From Kiritimatiellia bacterium (GTDB taxonomy: Bacteria > Verrucomicrobiota > Kiritimatiellia > JAAZAB01), in the NCBI GenBank assembly GCA_040767085.1, contig JAXGPF010000009.1, forward strand, positions 32,001 through 96,000: DNA of 64,000 bases. Direction: 5' to 3'. A model generated the notes under the pieces. The model was given only the letters and a program-made list of their open reading frames with translations. It did no database searches and was not told the origin of the DNA. Position 1 is the first letter of the stretch. Every line of letters begins with the position of its first letter. Below, piece by piece: positions 1-9,647 of the stretch. A program made the translations under genes and the position numbers.

Positions 1-64
1 CGACGCCGCCATCGACAAAATCAAGCAAGCCCTGGCGCCGCCGGCATCCGGATCGAATGCTTAA
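1..64 (+). CDS. 3' end of an unidentified CDS entering the window (…DAAIDKIKQALAPPASGSNA*)
   Basis: Open frame from base 2 with GC3-rich codons ending in TAA at 62-64; too short to identify. Confidence 0.45.
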   Translation, partial: DAAIDKIKQALAPPASGSNA

Positions 65-111
65 CGTCCCCGGCGTCCGGCCCGGGCCGGCGCCGCCGGC
101 CCGGCGGCGCC

Positions 112-250
112 ATGACGCCGGCCCTGTGCGCTTCAGATTTTCCCGGCAGCGCCCAACTGGCGGCGCAGTTGCAAAGGCGGCAGACCCGTAGTCTGGCGTA
201 TCAGGCGGGAAAAATAATTCGGATCCCGGAAGCCGCACTTGCCGGCCGCG
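112..250 (+). pseudogene. Degenerate N-terminal fragment of a GntR-type winged-helix regulator
   Basis: AQLAAQLQRRQTRSLAYQAGKIIRIPEAALA resembles the GntR start (compare YAQLCARLESAIRSGAYAVGDKLCTEAEL in the intact gene at 8523-9647); the recognition helix is absent. Confidence 0.45.
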
Positions 251-695
251 CCGCTTCTTCCATATCGGGATGGATGAAGATCACGACCGCTCCCATACCC
301 AATTCGCGGCGGCCGTGAATGTGCTGGCGGCTGGCCTGCAACAGCGGGGCCTGCGCGCAGTCATGTGGCGCGATACCCGCCTGGACGCGCGCGGCCTGGT
401 GTTCAATGAAAAACACAGCGCCGTGGAAAAAGCATTGCCTGCCAGCGTGGTGCGGATGGTCTGGAATTACGAAGGCGTCAGCGACACGGAAACCATCCGG
501 GCCATGTGGGATGGCGGGTTTGAAATCTGGGCGGGAATTGCCGGCGCCAAGCCGGAATCCGCCGCTGCGTGGGCGCGCCTGCTGGCCCACCCCGGTAATC
601 CGCATCCCGGCATCATCATCACCAACTGGAAACCCTGCATCCCGGCCTACCGTCCCTTCCATCTGGGCATGCTGAATGCGCTGGCTGGGGTTTAA
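240..695 (+). pseudogene. C-terminal half of a GH20-like (hexosaminidase-type) TIM-barrel hydrolase, 5'-truncated
   Basis: In-frame RRFFHIGMDEDH immediately around the ATG at 270 matches the GH20 H-x-G-x-D-E catalytic motif, followed by VMW-D and VWNY; in-frame TAG at 189-191 upstream, so the N-terminal half is missing. Confidence 0.6.
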
Positions 696-1606
696 TACAG
701 CGTAGCGCCCACCCTCAGGAAACGCGTTTCACCTTGGTAGCGGAGCAAAACACCGTCTTCCTGTATTTTCAGTAGGATGACCCCTTCTATCTGGCTCCCT
801 GAAAAAACCATGGTATTGTTGAGCCGCGCGGCGCCTTCACCGGGAACCGCGCTGCACAAAACACCCGATAAATTTAAGCGCGGCCATATTACCGGCGGGG
901 CGGGCTGGACGGCAACCGCCGCCGGCGACACCTGTGGCTTCGGCACGGGTGCAGCAGCCACTTCCGCCGGGGACGGCGGCGGAGCTAACGCGGCAGGCGC
1001 ATTGGCGTCCGGCGCGCTGTCAGGCGCCGTAACTGGAGCCGGCGCAGCCCCGTCTGCAGTGGCCGGCGCCAAGACGGGCGGCGGCGCGGGCGCTGGAGAT
1101 GCAGCCGGGCCGGAGGCGGCGGCAGCGGCAGAATTATCCTGGGGTGGCGCAACCTCAGCCGGCACTGAAGCGGGCGCGCCCGGTTCGGAAGCTGCCGCGG
1201 GCAATGACGCCAATTGCGTACGCTCCGCACCATGCTGGAAATGCCGCCAGGCCATCCACAACAAGCCAAAGACGGCCGCCAGGATCAACAAGACTGCCAG
1301 GACCACGCCCAGCATCCCCAACCAGGGGCGCCGCGTCTTGTCAGCCAAGGGCGGCGGATCGCGCGGCTCTTCCGAAAATGCTTCCGGCTCCGGCACGGAC
1401 TTGCGCATCGAAAGCTTGCCGGGCGCCGGAGTATGTCCCGGCGCCGGCCGGGGTTCCGGCACCGGCCGGGGCTCCGGCGCCGGCGGAGGGGGCGTTTTCT
1501 CCGTCGGTGCGGCCGTGCCATCCGGCGGCGCGCTGGCCGCTTCTGGTGACCGTCCATTGCCGAACTCCGCCTGCTGCCTTCTAAGGGCTTCCTGAATCAA
1601 ACTCAT
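692..1606 (-). CDS. ExeB/GspB-like Pro/Ala-rich bitopic membrane protein
   Basis: MSLIQEALRR start, single TM segment, long Pro/Ala linker, C-terminal LNLSGVL…ARLNN…G..IEGV..LKI domain; overlaps the stop of the ExeA-like gene. Confidence 0.7.
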   Translation of the reverse strand: MSLIQEALRRQQAEFGNGRSPEAASAPPDGTAAPTEKTPPPPAPEPRPVPEPRPAPGHTPAPGKLSMRKSVPEPEAFSEEPRDPPPLADKTRRPWLGMLGVVLAVLLILAAVFGLLWMAWRHFQHGAERTQLASLPAAASEPGAPASVPAEVAPPQDNSAAAAASGPAASPAPAPPPVLAPATADGAAPAPVTAPDSAPDANAPAALAPPPSPAEVAAAPVPKPQVSPAAVAVQPAPPVIWPRLNLSGVLCSAVPGEGAARLNNTMVFSGSQIEGVILLKIQEDGVLLRYQGETRFLRVGATLY

Positions 1607-2412
1607 ATATTTCCCTCCAACTGTCTGATGGCTTTTTCAACGCAGGGCTTTTCAATGACCCTGACATTCGCGACATAGCCGGCCAACAGGGTGATATCGC
1701 ACAAAGCATTGACCAGGCGCGGCACACCTTTGGTGTACTCGTAGACACGCCGCAAGGCCTCGGCGCGGAATAATTCGCCGCCAGCCCAACCGGCAGTCCG
1801 CAGACGATGGCGGACGTAATCGCCAATTTCCTCTTCCGTCAGCGGCAGCAAGTGATAACGGACAGTGATCCGCTGGCGCAATTGCCGCAATTCCGGCGCC
1901 GCCAGGCGCTGTTTTAATTCCGGCTGCCCGCACAGCACGATTTGCAGGAGTTTGTGCTGGTCGGTCTCCAGGTTGGACAGCAAACGCACCTGTTCCAGGA
2001 CGGCCGGCGTAAGGTCCTGCGCTTCGTCAATAATGACCGCCACATTATTGCCATTGCGCAATTGTTCCAGCAGAAAGGCGTTCAAACACTCGATATAGGC
2101 CAGGCGGTCGCGCCCTTTGACGCTCAAGCCGAAATCAGCCAGAATTGCCCGCAGCAACTGGCTCTCCGTCAGGCAGGGATTCAAGACCATGGCCGTCTGG
2201 ATCGTACTCGACAGCCTGGACAAAACGGCCCGGCAGAGCGTAGTTTTACCCGCGCCGACTTCGCCGGTCAATTCGATGAAGCCCTTGCGGTGTTCGATGC
2301 CGTAAAGCAGGTGATCGAACGCCTCGCGGTGTCGCGGCGTGAAGAAGAGGAACCGCGGGTCCGGAGTGATGTTGAAAGGCGCTTCTTTCAGGCCGTAATG
2401 TTGAAAATACAT
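1603..2412 (-). CDS. exeA: ExeA/GspA-family AAA ATPase (short form, no peptidoglycan-binding domain)
   Basis: MY..HYGL.E.PF.ITPDP.F, Walker A GEVGAGKT, Walker B IIDEAQ, GQPEL, LRQRI, GVPRLVN. Confidence 0.88.
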   Translation of the reverse strand: MYFQHYGLKEAPFNITPDPRFLFFTPRHREAFDHLLYGIEHRKGFIELTGEVGAGKTTLCRAVLSRLSSTIQTAMVLNPCLTESQLLRAILADFGLSVKGRDRLAYIECLNAFLLEQLRNGNNVAVIIDEAQDLTPAVLEQVRLLSNLETDQHKLLQIVLCGQPELKQRLAAPELRQLRQRITVRYHLLPLTEEEIGDYVRHRLRTAGWAGGELFRAEALRRVYEYTKGVPRLVNALCDITLLAGYVANVRVIEKPCVEKAIRQLEGNI

Positions 2413-2415
2413 AAT

Positions 2416-3294
2416 TCAATCATGCGCATGATCGGCGTCGTCCTGGTGCATATCAGATTCGCCGACATGGTCATGTTGGCATATATGCCGGTTATGTGCA
2501 AGCAAGTTATCCAGCAGGTCCGCCGCGGGCGGGCGGGGTTGTTCGCCGCGGCGCAGGGCCGCAAGGCGGGCGCGCACGCCGGTGCGCGCCGGGAAAATAT
2601 CGAGGATGCCTTCGTGCAATTCCGCCGCCAGCGCCGTTTGGCCCTGCAGTTCGGCCAGCAAGGCGCGGTACATTTTCATCTGGGCCGCATCCAGGCGCGC
2701 ATCGTCATCATCACTGGCCAGCGGATGCGGCCAGAGACGCAGGCCGGCATCGAGCGTGCTGGCCGCGGCCGGCCAGCGGCCGCGGCGCATCCAGAGCCGG
2801 CCCTGTTCCAGAAAAATCCGGTAATCGCGGGGATGGTGGCGATAAGCTTCGCGAAGCAATTCCAGCGCCAGATCCGGCCGGCCGAGTTGTTCGGCCAACC
2901 AGAAAGATCCCACCGCATAGGCCGTGACATTGCCCGGATCCATCCGTGTGGCAATAAACAGCCATGGCAGCACTTCCTGCATTTCGCCGGGTTGCAGGTG
3001 TTGCTGCACCCGGGGCGCGACGGCGTCATGCAGCGCGCTGAACCAGCCGTTAAAAGCCCGGGGCGGCGGCGCGGAAACCCCTTTGTGAAACACGCTATCC
3101 GCCTTTAAAAACAAGCGTTCACCCAGCGCGGACCGGCTGCCGCCCAGCAGGCGCAGGAAGACCGTCGTGCCGGCGGCGCGGGAAGGCTCCCCCGCCGCCG
3201 GGCCGGCCTGGACAAAAATCAGGCAAGCCAGGCTGAAGGCCGACGCCCACAAGGCCCCGGTCAAAAGCAGAGGATGCATCATGGATGTGCGCAT
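2416..3294 (-). CDS. Membrane-anchored TPR-like protein with His/Asp-rich C-terminus
   Basis: N-terminal hydrophobic helix, TPR-like helices (A..LL.EA...HP.DY), tail with 7 His in the last 26 residues. Confidence 0.65.
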   Translation of the reverse strand: MRTSMMHPLLLTGALWASAFSLACLIFVQAGPAAGEPSRAAGTTVFLRLLGGSRSALGERLFLKADSVFHKGVSAPPPRAFNGWFSALHDAVAPRVQQHLQPGEMQEVLPWLFIATRMDPGNVTAYAVGSFWLAEQLGRPDLALELLREAYRHHPRDYRIFLEQGRLWMRRGRWPAAASTLDAGLRLWPHPLASDDDDARLDAAQMKMYRALLAELQGQTALAAELHEGILDIFPARTGVRARLAALRRGEQPRPPAADLLDNLLAHNRHICQHDHVGESDMHQDDADHAHD

Positions 3295-3309
3295 GCTCTC
3301 TTCCTTGCC

Positions 3310-4098
3310 TCAAATCCGCGCGGCGCGTGAAAATTTCTTGTTGCGGTAAACCAGCCAGGCGGCGGACAGCAACAAGCCCGTCAACACCGCTCCGTACGCC
3401 AGGATCATGCCCACCGCGGCCCAATCCGCCGGCGGCCAGTCATGCGCCAGGCGCAGGCGCAGATCGAACAATTCCAGGTGCGGCAGGGCAAAGTAAAGGG
3501 CGAGCAGCAGATCGTGCCGGGTTCCGGCGGCATGCAGGATCAACTCCGGAATCCGCGGCGCCAGGAAATAGGCGCTCAGGCTCCAGACATAAGCCAGCGC
3601 CGCGGCGGCATCGTAATTCATGCAGGTGGAAAGCAGGACGCTCATCGCCGCCAGCACGGCCAGGCAGGCAGCCTGGAGCAAGCCATGCTGGATGAAAATG
3701 GCGCCCGCAAAAGAACCGCCCCGCAGCGCCACGATCGCCGCCAGCACGGCATGCAGCCACAGGCAGGCGGCCAGGCCGCCCAACCAGGCGCCCAACCATT
3801 TGCCGGCCAGCAGTTGCCAGCGGGTCAGCGGCTTGGACAGGAGGATGAATATCGTGCCTTCCGCTTCCTCGCGCGGCAGCTGGCGCGCGGCGTAATTGAC
3901 GGTCAGGTACCAGGCGCAAATCCAGACCATCAGCAATCCGATTTCCTTGACGTAGCCGGGCATCCCGCCCAAGCCGAAAATATTCAAAGAAATCATGCCC
4001 AGCAGGAACGCGGCCATCAAGATCAGCAGGACGTAGACGTCCTTGCGGCGCAGCATTTCCAGCCAGACAATCTGGGCAATGGTCAGGATTTTGCGCAT
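3310..4098 (-). CDS. ABC-2 type transporter permease
   Basis: Start MRKILTIAQIVWLEMLRRK; multiple TM helices; E..EGTIFILLSKPLTR..LL.GKW motif. Confidence 0.85.
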   Translation of the reverse strand: MRKILTIAQIVWLEMLRRKDVYVLLILMAAFLLGMISLNIFGLGGMPGYVKEIGLLMVWICAWYLTVNYAARQLPREEAEGTIFILLSKPLTRWQLLAGKWLGAWLGGLAACLWLHAVLAAIVALRGGSFAGAIFIQHGLLQAACLAVLAAMSVLLSTCMNYDAAAALAYVWSLSAYFLAPRIPELILHAAGTRHDLLLALYFALPHLELFDLRLRLAHDWPPADWAAVGMILAYGAVLTGLLLSAAWLVYRNKKFSRAARI

Positions 4099-4817
4099 GC
4101 CAGCAGCCTCAGAAAATATTGCTCCAGACTTTCGCCCGGACGCGCCAGGCCGGCAATCGGGCCGGACGCCGCCAGGCGCCCCCGGACGATAATGCCAACG
4201 CTGTCGCATACTTTTTCCACTTCCGACAATTCGTGCGAGGAAAAAAACACCGTGCACCCGCGTGCGCGCAGTTCTTCCATGATCCGCCGGACTTCGATGC
4301 GGCCGGGCGGATCGAAACCGCTGGTCGGCTCGTCAAGGATCACCAGTTCCGGATCGTTGATTAAGGCTTGCGCCAGCCCCAGACGTTGCAGCATGCCCCG
4401 CGAATAAACGGCAATCCGCCGGTCCGCCGCGCCGGCCAGCCCTACCCGTTCCAGCAGGACGCCGGCCCGCCGGCGCGCCGCCGCGGCCGTCAGGTCAAAG
4501 AGCCGACCCATCATGCACAACAATTCCCGCCCGGTCAGAAACCGGTAAATCTCCGGCCGCTCGGACATGTACCCGATCCGGCTGCGCGCCAGCGCCTGGC
4601 GGACATCCCCGCCCAGAATCCGCAGCGTGCCGGAAGTCGGTGCGATAAATCCCAGCAGCGCGTGGACGGTGGTGGTTTTGCCGGCGCCGTTGGGGCCGAT
4701 AAAGCCGAATACCTGCCCGCGCGGCACGCTCAGATTCAAGCCGTCCACCGCGCGCACACTCCCATGGCGCGCGGGAAATTCCACCACGAGGTTTTGTATT
4801 TCAATCGCCGGATTCAT
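4083..4817 (-). CDS. ABC transporter ATP-binding protein
   Basis: GPNGAGKTT, YSRGMLQR signature, ILDEPTSG, SSH. Confidence 0.93.
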   Translation of the reverse strand: MNPAIEIQNLVVEFPARHGSVRAVDGLNLSVPRGQVFGFIGPNGAGKTTTVHALLGFIAPTSGTLRILGGDVRQALARSRIGYMSERPEIYRFLTGRELLCMMGRLFDLTAAAARRRAGVLLERVGLAGAADRRIAVYSRGMLQRLGLAQALINDPELVILDEPTSGFDPPGRIEVRRIMEELRARGCTVFFSSHELSEVEKVCDSVGIIVRGRLAASGPIAGLARPGESLEQYFLRLLACAKS

Positions 4818-6192
4818 GAGCCATCGCCATCAATTGGTCTATCTTGCGTTGAAAATAACGCCGTTGGCGCGCCGTGGCAAGCTTTTCCTGCGCGATCCGA
4901 CGGCGCAACCCGGACCAGTCCAGCCCGGCCGTGCCCCCCAGGTGGGTTTTGCGTGCGATCGCGGCGGCCGGATCGGCGTCCTGCAAATCCGCCAGGTGTT
5001 CCTTGACATACCGGTAAGCGTCGCGGAAGGCCATGCCCTCGGCGGTCAATTCCAGGGCGCGGTCGGCGGCGAAAACGGCGGGAGTAAATCCCCGGCGCAG
5101 GGCTGCCCGGTCAACGGCCAAGCCGGCGATCAAGGGGCGCATGACGCAGAGCGATCCGCGGACGACCTGGAAGCCGCGCATGAACGGCGCCTTGGTCTCC
5201 TGCAAGTCGCGGTTGTACCCGCCCGGCAGACCCTTCACCATGTCCGCCACGCCGAAAGCATCCGCCAGCGCGGCCGCGGCGCGGGCGCGCAACAATTCCA
5301 GGATGTCGGGATTGTTCTTCTGGGGCATGATGCTGCTGCCTGTGCAAAGTTCCGGCGGCAGGCGGAAATACCCGAACTCCGGCATGGTGAAAAGCATCAG
5401 GTCCTGCGCCAGGCGCGAGAGGGTCAGCATGATCTGCGATAACGCCATCAGGATCATGGATTCCAGTTTTCCGCGGGCGTTGGCGGCAGCCATCACGTTG
5501 TGGCAGGGCGCGGCAAATCCCAGCAGTTTCGCCGTCAACCGCCGGTCGAGCGGCAGCGGCACCCCGTACCCGGCCGCCGAACCCAGGGGGCACCGGTCGT
5601 TCAGATCATAGGCGCTCCGCAGCAAAACCATGTCGTCCAGCAGCCCCTCGGCATAGGCGCCGGCCCACAATCCGACGGAACTGGGCATAGCCGGCTGCAT
5701 ATGCGTGCGCCCCACCATCGGCAACCGGCGGTAGCGGCAGGCGAAGGCCGCCAGGGCTGACGCCAATTCCAGCAATTCCGCTTCCACGGCGAGCATCTGG
5801 TCCTTGGCGTACAGCCGCAAATCCACGGCTACCTGGTCATTGCGGCTGCGGCCGGTATGCACCCGGCGGCCCAGTTCGCCCAGCCGCGCGGTCAAAACCC
5901 GTTCCACGGCCAGGTGCACATCCTGATCGGCGATGGTGATTGCAAACCGGCCCTGCCGGGCGAGGCGCCGGATGCGGCCGAGTTCGGCCACAACCCGCGC
6001 CGCATCCGTACGGCTGAACAAACGGGGGCGCACGGGTATTTGCGCCAGCATGACGACATGCGCCGCGGTGCCAATGCAATCGGCGTCCACCAGGTTTCGA
6101 TCCAGACGCAAATCCTCGCCGGCCGTGTATTCCAGCGCCAGCGGCGCAATAGCGCCTACGGTTGTTTGCAGCTTGCCGTCGGATGCCGCCAT
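4801..6192 (-). CDS. argH: Argininosuccinate lyase
   Basis: HTGRSRNDQV, GRTHMQPA, GSSIMPQKNNPD, GYNRDLQE. Confidence 0.95.
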   Translation of the reverse strand: MAASDGKLQTTVGAIAPLALEYTAGEDLRLDRNLVDADCIGTAAHVVMLAQIPVRPRLFSRTDAARVVAELGRIRRLARQGRFAITIADQDVHLAVERVLTARLGELGRRVHTGRSRNDQVAVDLRLYAKDQMLAVEAELLELASALAAFACRYRRLPMVGRTHMQPAMPSSVGLWAGAYAEGLLDDMVLLRSAYDLNDRCPLGSAAGYGVPLPLDRRLTAKLLGFAAPCHNVMAAANARGKLESMILMALSQIMLTLSRLAQDLMLFTMPEFGYFRLPPELCTGSSIMPQKNNPDILELLRARAAAALADAFGVADMVKGLPGGYNRDLQETKAPFMRGFQVVRGSLCVMRPLIAGLAVDRAALRRGFTPAVFAADRALELTAEGMAFRDAYRYVKEHLADLQDADPAAAIARKTHLGGTAGLDWSGLRRRIAQEKLATARQRRYFQRKIDQLMAMAHESGD

Positions 6193-6333
6193 GATTTACG
6201 CCTTTCCTTATTTTTGCTCAAAAAATTCCCTTTCCCTGTCCCATTTGGCGGCTATAATAGCAATTCAACGGCGCATTTTCAATCAAGAACAGCAAAACGC
6301 GGCCCTCGCCCGCCAAGATCCGCATTCCCGCAT

Positions 6334-7209
6334 ATGCAAAAACATTTCGACAATCAAATCCGCCGGGTCGAAAACATCCTGGAAGCAAGGCTGCCGCCCG
6401 CCGACGCCATGCCGCAGCCATTGCACACCGCCATGCGGTACAGTGTTTTCGCGGGGGGCAAACGCCTGCGCCCGCTCTTGTGCCTCGCAGCCGCCGCGGC
6501 TGCCGGCGGCGATGACACGCCGGCCCTGCTGCCCGCCGCGGCCCTGGAAGCGCTGCACACCTATACCCTGATCCATGACGACTTGCCCGGCATGGATAAC
6601 GACAGTTTGCGCCGCGGCCGGCCCACGCTCCACGTAGTTTACGGTGAAGCCATCGCCATTCTGGCCGGGGATGCTCTCTTGACCCTGGCCTTCGAATGGC
6701 TGGCCGAGACCCATGCCACCCCGCCCTATCATCCCAATCAATTGAGCCTGGAACTGGCCCAAGCCGCCGGGAGCCGGGGCGTCATTGCCGGGCAGGCGGA
6801 AGATATTGCCGCCGAACGCCAGCCGCCAAATCCGGCCCGTCTGGAATTCATCCATCGGCATAAAACCGGCGACCTGATTCGCGCCGCCGTCCGCATGGGC
6901 GCCATCGCCGCCGGTGCGTCCCCCGGCGTCCTGGCAGGGGTGACAGCTTACGGCGAGCATATCGGCCTGGCGTTCCAGATCGTGGATGATTTGCTGAACG
7001 CCACGGCGGAGGTCGGACAACTGGGTAAAGCGGCCGGCAGCGATGCCCAGCGCGGCAAAATGACCTGGGTGTCGGTGCATGGCCTGGCGGCCGCGCGCCA
7101 GGCCGCCGATCGCCTGGCCGCAACAGCCCGGCGCGATTTGCAGGGACTGCCGGGCGACACGGCCCCATTGCGCGAACTGGCGCGGATGATGATTGAACGC
7201 AACAAATAA
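6334..7209 (+). CDS. ispA: Polyprenyl (farnesyl/geranylgeranyl) diphosphate synthase
   Basis: GGKRLRP, LIHDDLPGMDND..RRG, GQAED, KTG, FQIVDDLLN; TATAAT at 6253-6258 upstream. Confidence 0.92.
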   Translation: MQKHFDNQIRRVENILEARLPPADAMPQPLHTAMRYSVFAGGKRLRPLLCLAAAAAAGGDDTPALLPAAALEALHTYTLIHDDLPGMDNDSLRRGRPTLHVVYGEAIAILAGDALLTLAFEWLAETHATPPYHPNQLSLELAQAAGSRGVIAGQAEDIAAERQPPNPARLEFIHRHKTGDLIRAAVRMGAIAAGASPGVLAGVTAYGEHIGLAFQIVDDLLNATAEVGQLGKAAGSDAQRGKMTWVSVHGLAAARQAADRLAATARRDLQGLPGDTAPLRELARMMIERNK

Positions 7210-7214
7210 CACGT

Positions 7215-8474
7215 ATGCACCCGCCGTTGAAATATCTGCAAGCTGCCGCCGGCACGGCCCTGGCCCTCCTGATCTGGACCTTTGCCTCCAAAGCGCTGCA
7301 GGATGCCGTTGTTTTTGGCGCCGCCCTTTACGCCATGTATGCCGCCTGGCGCACCGGCCGCGAGTTGGCTGCCTGGCGCCAACCGGCGGGCATGGCTTTT
7401 ACGGCGGTGGCCCTTTACATGGCATTATCCCTGCCTTGCTCGCGCGCGCCGGCGGCATCGTTTCGGGATTTCACAGGCCTATTGGAGATTTTCGCCGGCG
7501 CGTTTGCCATCCCGGTGATTTTCAACACCAGGCCGCGGCTGGAGGCGGCCCTGCTGTATAGCGCCAATGCCGTTGTTTTAACGCTGGCCTTTGACCTCGG
7601 CCGGCTCGCTTGCCTGCTCGGACCGGACTTGATGGAGCAGGCCCATGCCTTCCAGCCTTTCATTTTGAATCACAGCAACGTCGCCAGCATGCTGGCGGGA
7701 CTGGCGGCGCTGGCGTACTTTTACTTCTTCTGGCAGTGGCGCCAAACCAGGCGCTGGCCGGCGCGCGCCTGCCTGTTGGGCATGTCCGCCGCCCTGGCTT
7801 ACCAGGTCGTGCTGGCTTCCCGCGGGCCGCAGCTGGCACTGGCATTGACGGCAGCCGCGATGGGCGCGCTCCTGCCGGGCGCGCGCCGCAAGATTGCCTG
7901 GGGTCTGGCCGCGGCCTGCCTGGGAGCGCTGCTGGCGGGCCATGCGGGAAAGCTGAACCGGCGCATCGTCCCGCCGCCGCCCGACCCGGCGGCGGCCGCC
8001 GCGCCCGCCAGCACGCCGACCCCAGCCGTCCGCATCGCAGAAATTTTACGGCGCAACCTGAATCAGCGCGACATTGTCTGGGAGCACACCTGGCGCCTGG
8101 CACGGCAACGCCCGTGGTTCGGCCATGGTTATGGCAAGCGCAACTTCACCAGCATCTATTACCAGAATGAACCGCCGCCGGCGGATTTTTATTATCCGCA
8201 CCCGCATCAATACTGGCTCAAATTATTCTTCGAATTCGGCTGGACGGGCCTGCTGCTGCATTTGGCGGCCTGGTTGTGTCTGGCATGGCAATTGATGCGC
8301 CGCATCTACCGGGAACCGACCTTCAGCGCGCGGCTCTGGCCGGGCATCCCCGCTTTAATGCTGCTGTGCATTCACCTGTATGGATTGGGCGATTACCCGG
8401 ACAATCTCGTTCAAACCGCCCAAATCTGGCTGATACCGGTGGCGCTGGCAATTATCGCCGAACGCGCCGAATGA
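7215..8474 (+). CDS. O-antigen ligase/Wzy-family membrane protein
   Basis: Many TM helices, ASRG motif, R..W…RPWFGHGYG, HPHQYWL…E.G..G. Confidence 0.82.
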   Translation: MHPPLKYLQAAAGTALALLIWTFASKALQDAVVFGAALYAMYAAWRTGRELAAWRQPAGMAFTAVALYMALSLPCSRAPAASFRDFTGLLEIFAGAFAIPVIFNTRPRLEAALLYSANAVVLTLAFDLGRLACLLGPDLMEQAHAFQPFILNHSNVASMLAGLAALAYFYFFWQWRQTRRWPARACLLGMSAALAYQVVLASRGPQLALALTAAAMGALLPGARRKIAWGLAAACLGALLAGHAGKLNRRIVPPPPDPAAAAAPASTPTPAVRIAEILRRNLNQRDIVWEHTWRLARQRPWFGHGYGKRNFTSIYYQNEPPPADFYYPHPHQYWLKLFFEFGWTGLLLHLAAWLCLAWQLMRRIYREPTFSARLWPGIPALMLLCIHLYGLGDYPDNLVQTAQIWLIPVALAIIAERAE

Positions 8475-8522
8475 CGCGCGCACCGGCCCTGTAGCGGCCG
8501 AACTGCGTTCGGCATCTGCCAA

Positions 8523-9647
8523 TTACCCGCTACACGCCGGCGCCGGACCGCATGAACCGCGAATGACTAACCGACTCTGCAAGCGGATGCCGGGACATTC
8601 CGCGCCCGGCGACAGCATGCGCCGTTCCAGCATGGCCACGGCCGCCGCCCCCAACTCGTAACGCGGCACGCGCACAGTGGTCAACGGCGGGCGGGCCTGC
8701 TCCGCGCCCGGCGCGTCGTCAAACCCCAGGACCGATACATCTCCGGGGACGCGCAAACCGTCCTGCTCCAGCGCTTCGATGACGCCCAGCGCCTTAACAT
8801 CCGTGGATGCGAACACCGCGGTGAACGCCGCCGTCCGTCGTCGCAGCTCCCGGACAGCGGCCGCGCCATTTTCCGCCATGCCGTACGGCGCATACGCCAC
8901 TAGCTGTTCGTCGTAAGGAACCCCGAAGGTGTGCAAGCCGATGGCGTAGCCCGCCATCCGCTCGGAATGGCGGGGCGTATCCTGTGGCGGAATGACCAAG
9001 GCCACCGCGCGGTGCCCAAGTTGCTGGATCAAATAGGACATGCCTTCCACCACGCCGCTCAGCCGGTCAATCGCGACGGTATTCGGAGGAAGCTGGCCGG
9101 CGACTCCATACGGACGCATCGCCACCCAGGGCACACGGGCTGTCCGGGCGCGCTCCTCGACGCCGGGCGGCGGATCGAGCATGATCAGGCCTAAGGCTGC
9201 CGACGGCGCCCCGTCCAAATGCCCGGCCAATTCCGGGTAATCCAGCAAGCGCACCCGGCCGTCAAAATTGTTGATCACACCGCGGTGGAGTTCATACGTG
9301 ACGAACCAGCTGACATCGGTGCGTTTTAAATCATCCGGCGAGTGCAGTCCGCAAAGCAACAGCGTGCGTTCGCGGGTGCGCGGCGGCGGCGCATGCCGGG
9401 CGGCGACAAAAGTGCCGGCGCCTTTCCGCCGCACCACCATGCCGCGGCGCTCCAGTTCCGCCAGGGCGCGGGTTACGGTCGCCGTGCTTAAGCCGTATCG
9501 CTGTTTCAATTCGGCTTCCGTGCACAACTTGTCGCCGACGGCATAGGCGCCGCTCCGGATGGCCGATTCCAGGCGGGCGCACAGCTGGGCGTACTTGGGC
9601 ACGGCGCTGGAATCATCCAGTGGAGCGAATTTGTGTTTTCCGCTCAT
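8523..9647 (-). CDS. GntR-HTH / LacI-type sugar-binding hybrid transcriptional regulator (AraR-like)
   Basis: N-terminal KY.QL…TEAEL…STATV.RAL..L…G…R..G.GTFV; C-terminal VPGDVSVLGFDD…PPLTTV; start overlaps the upstream stop (ATGA). Confidence 0.9.
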   Translation of the reverse strand: MSGKHKFAPLDDSSAVPKYAQLCARLESAIRSGAYAVGDKLCTEAELKQRYGLSTATVTRALAELERRGMVVRRKGAGTFVAARHAPPPRTRERTLLLCGLHSPDDLKRTDVSWFVTYELHRGVINNFDGRVRLLDYPELAGHLDGAPSAALGLIMLDPPPGVEERARTARVPWVAMRPYGVAGQLPPNTVAIDRLSGVVEGMSYLIQQLGHRAVALVIPPQDTPRHSERMAGYAIGLHTFGVPYDEQLVAYAPYGMAENGAAAVRELRRRTAAFTAVFASTDVKALGVIEALEQDGLRVPGDVSVLGFDDAPGAEQARPPLTTVRVPRYELGAAAVAMLERRMLSPGAECPGIRLQSRLVIRGSCGPAPACSG

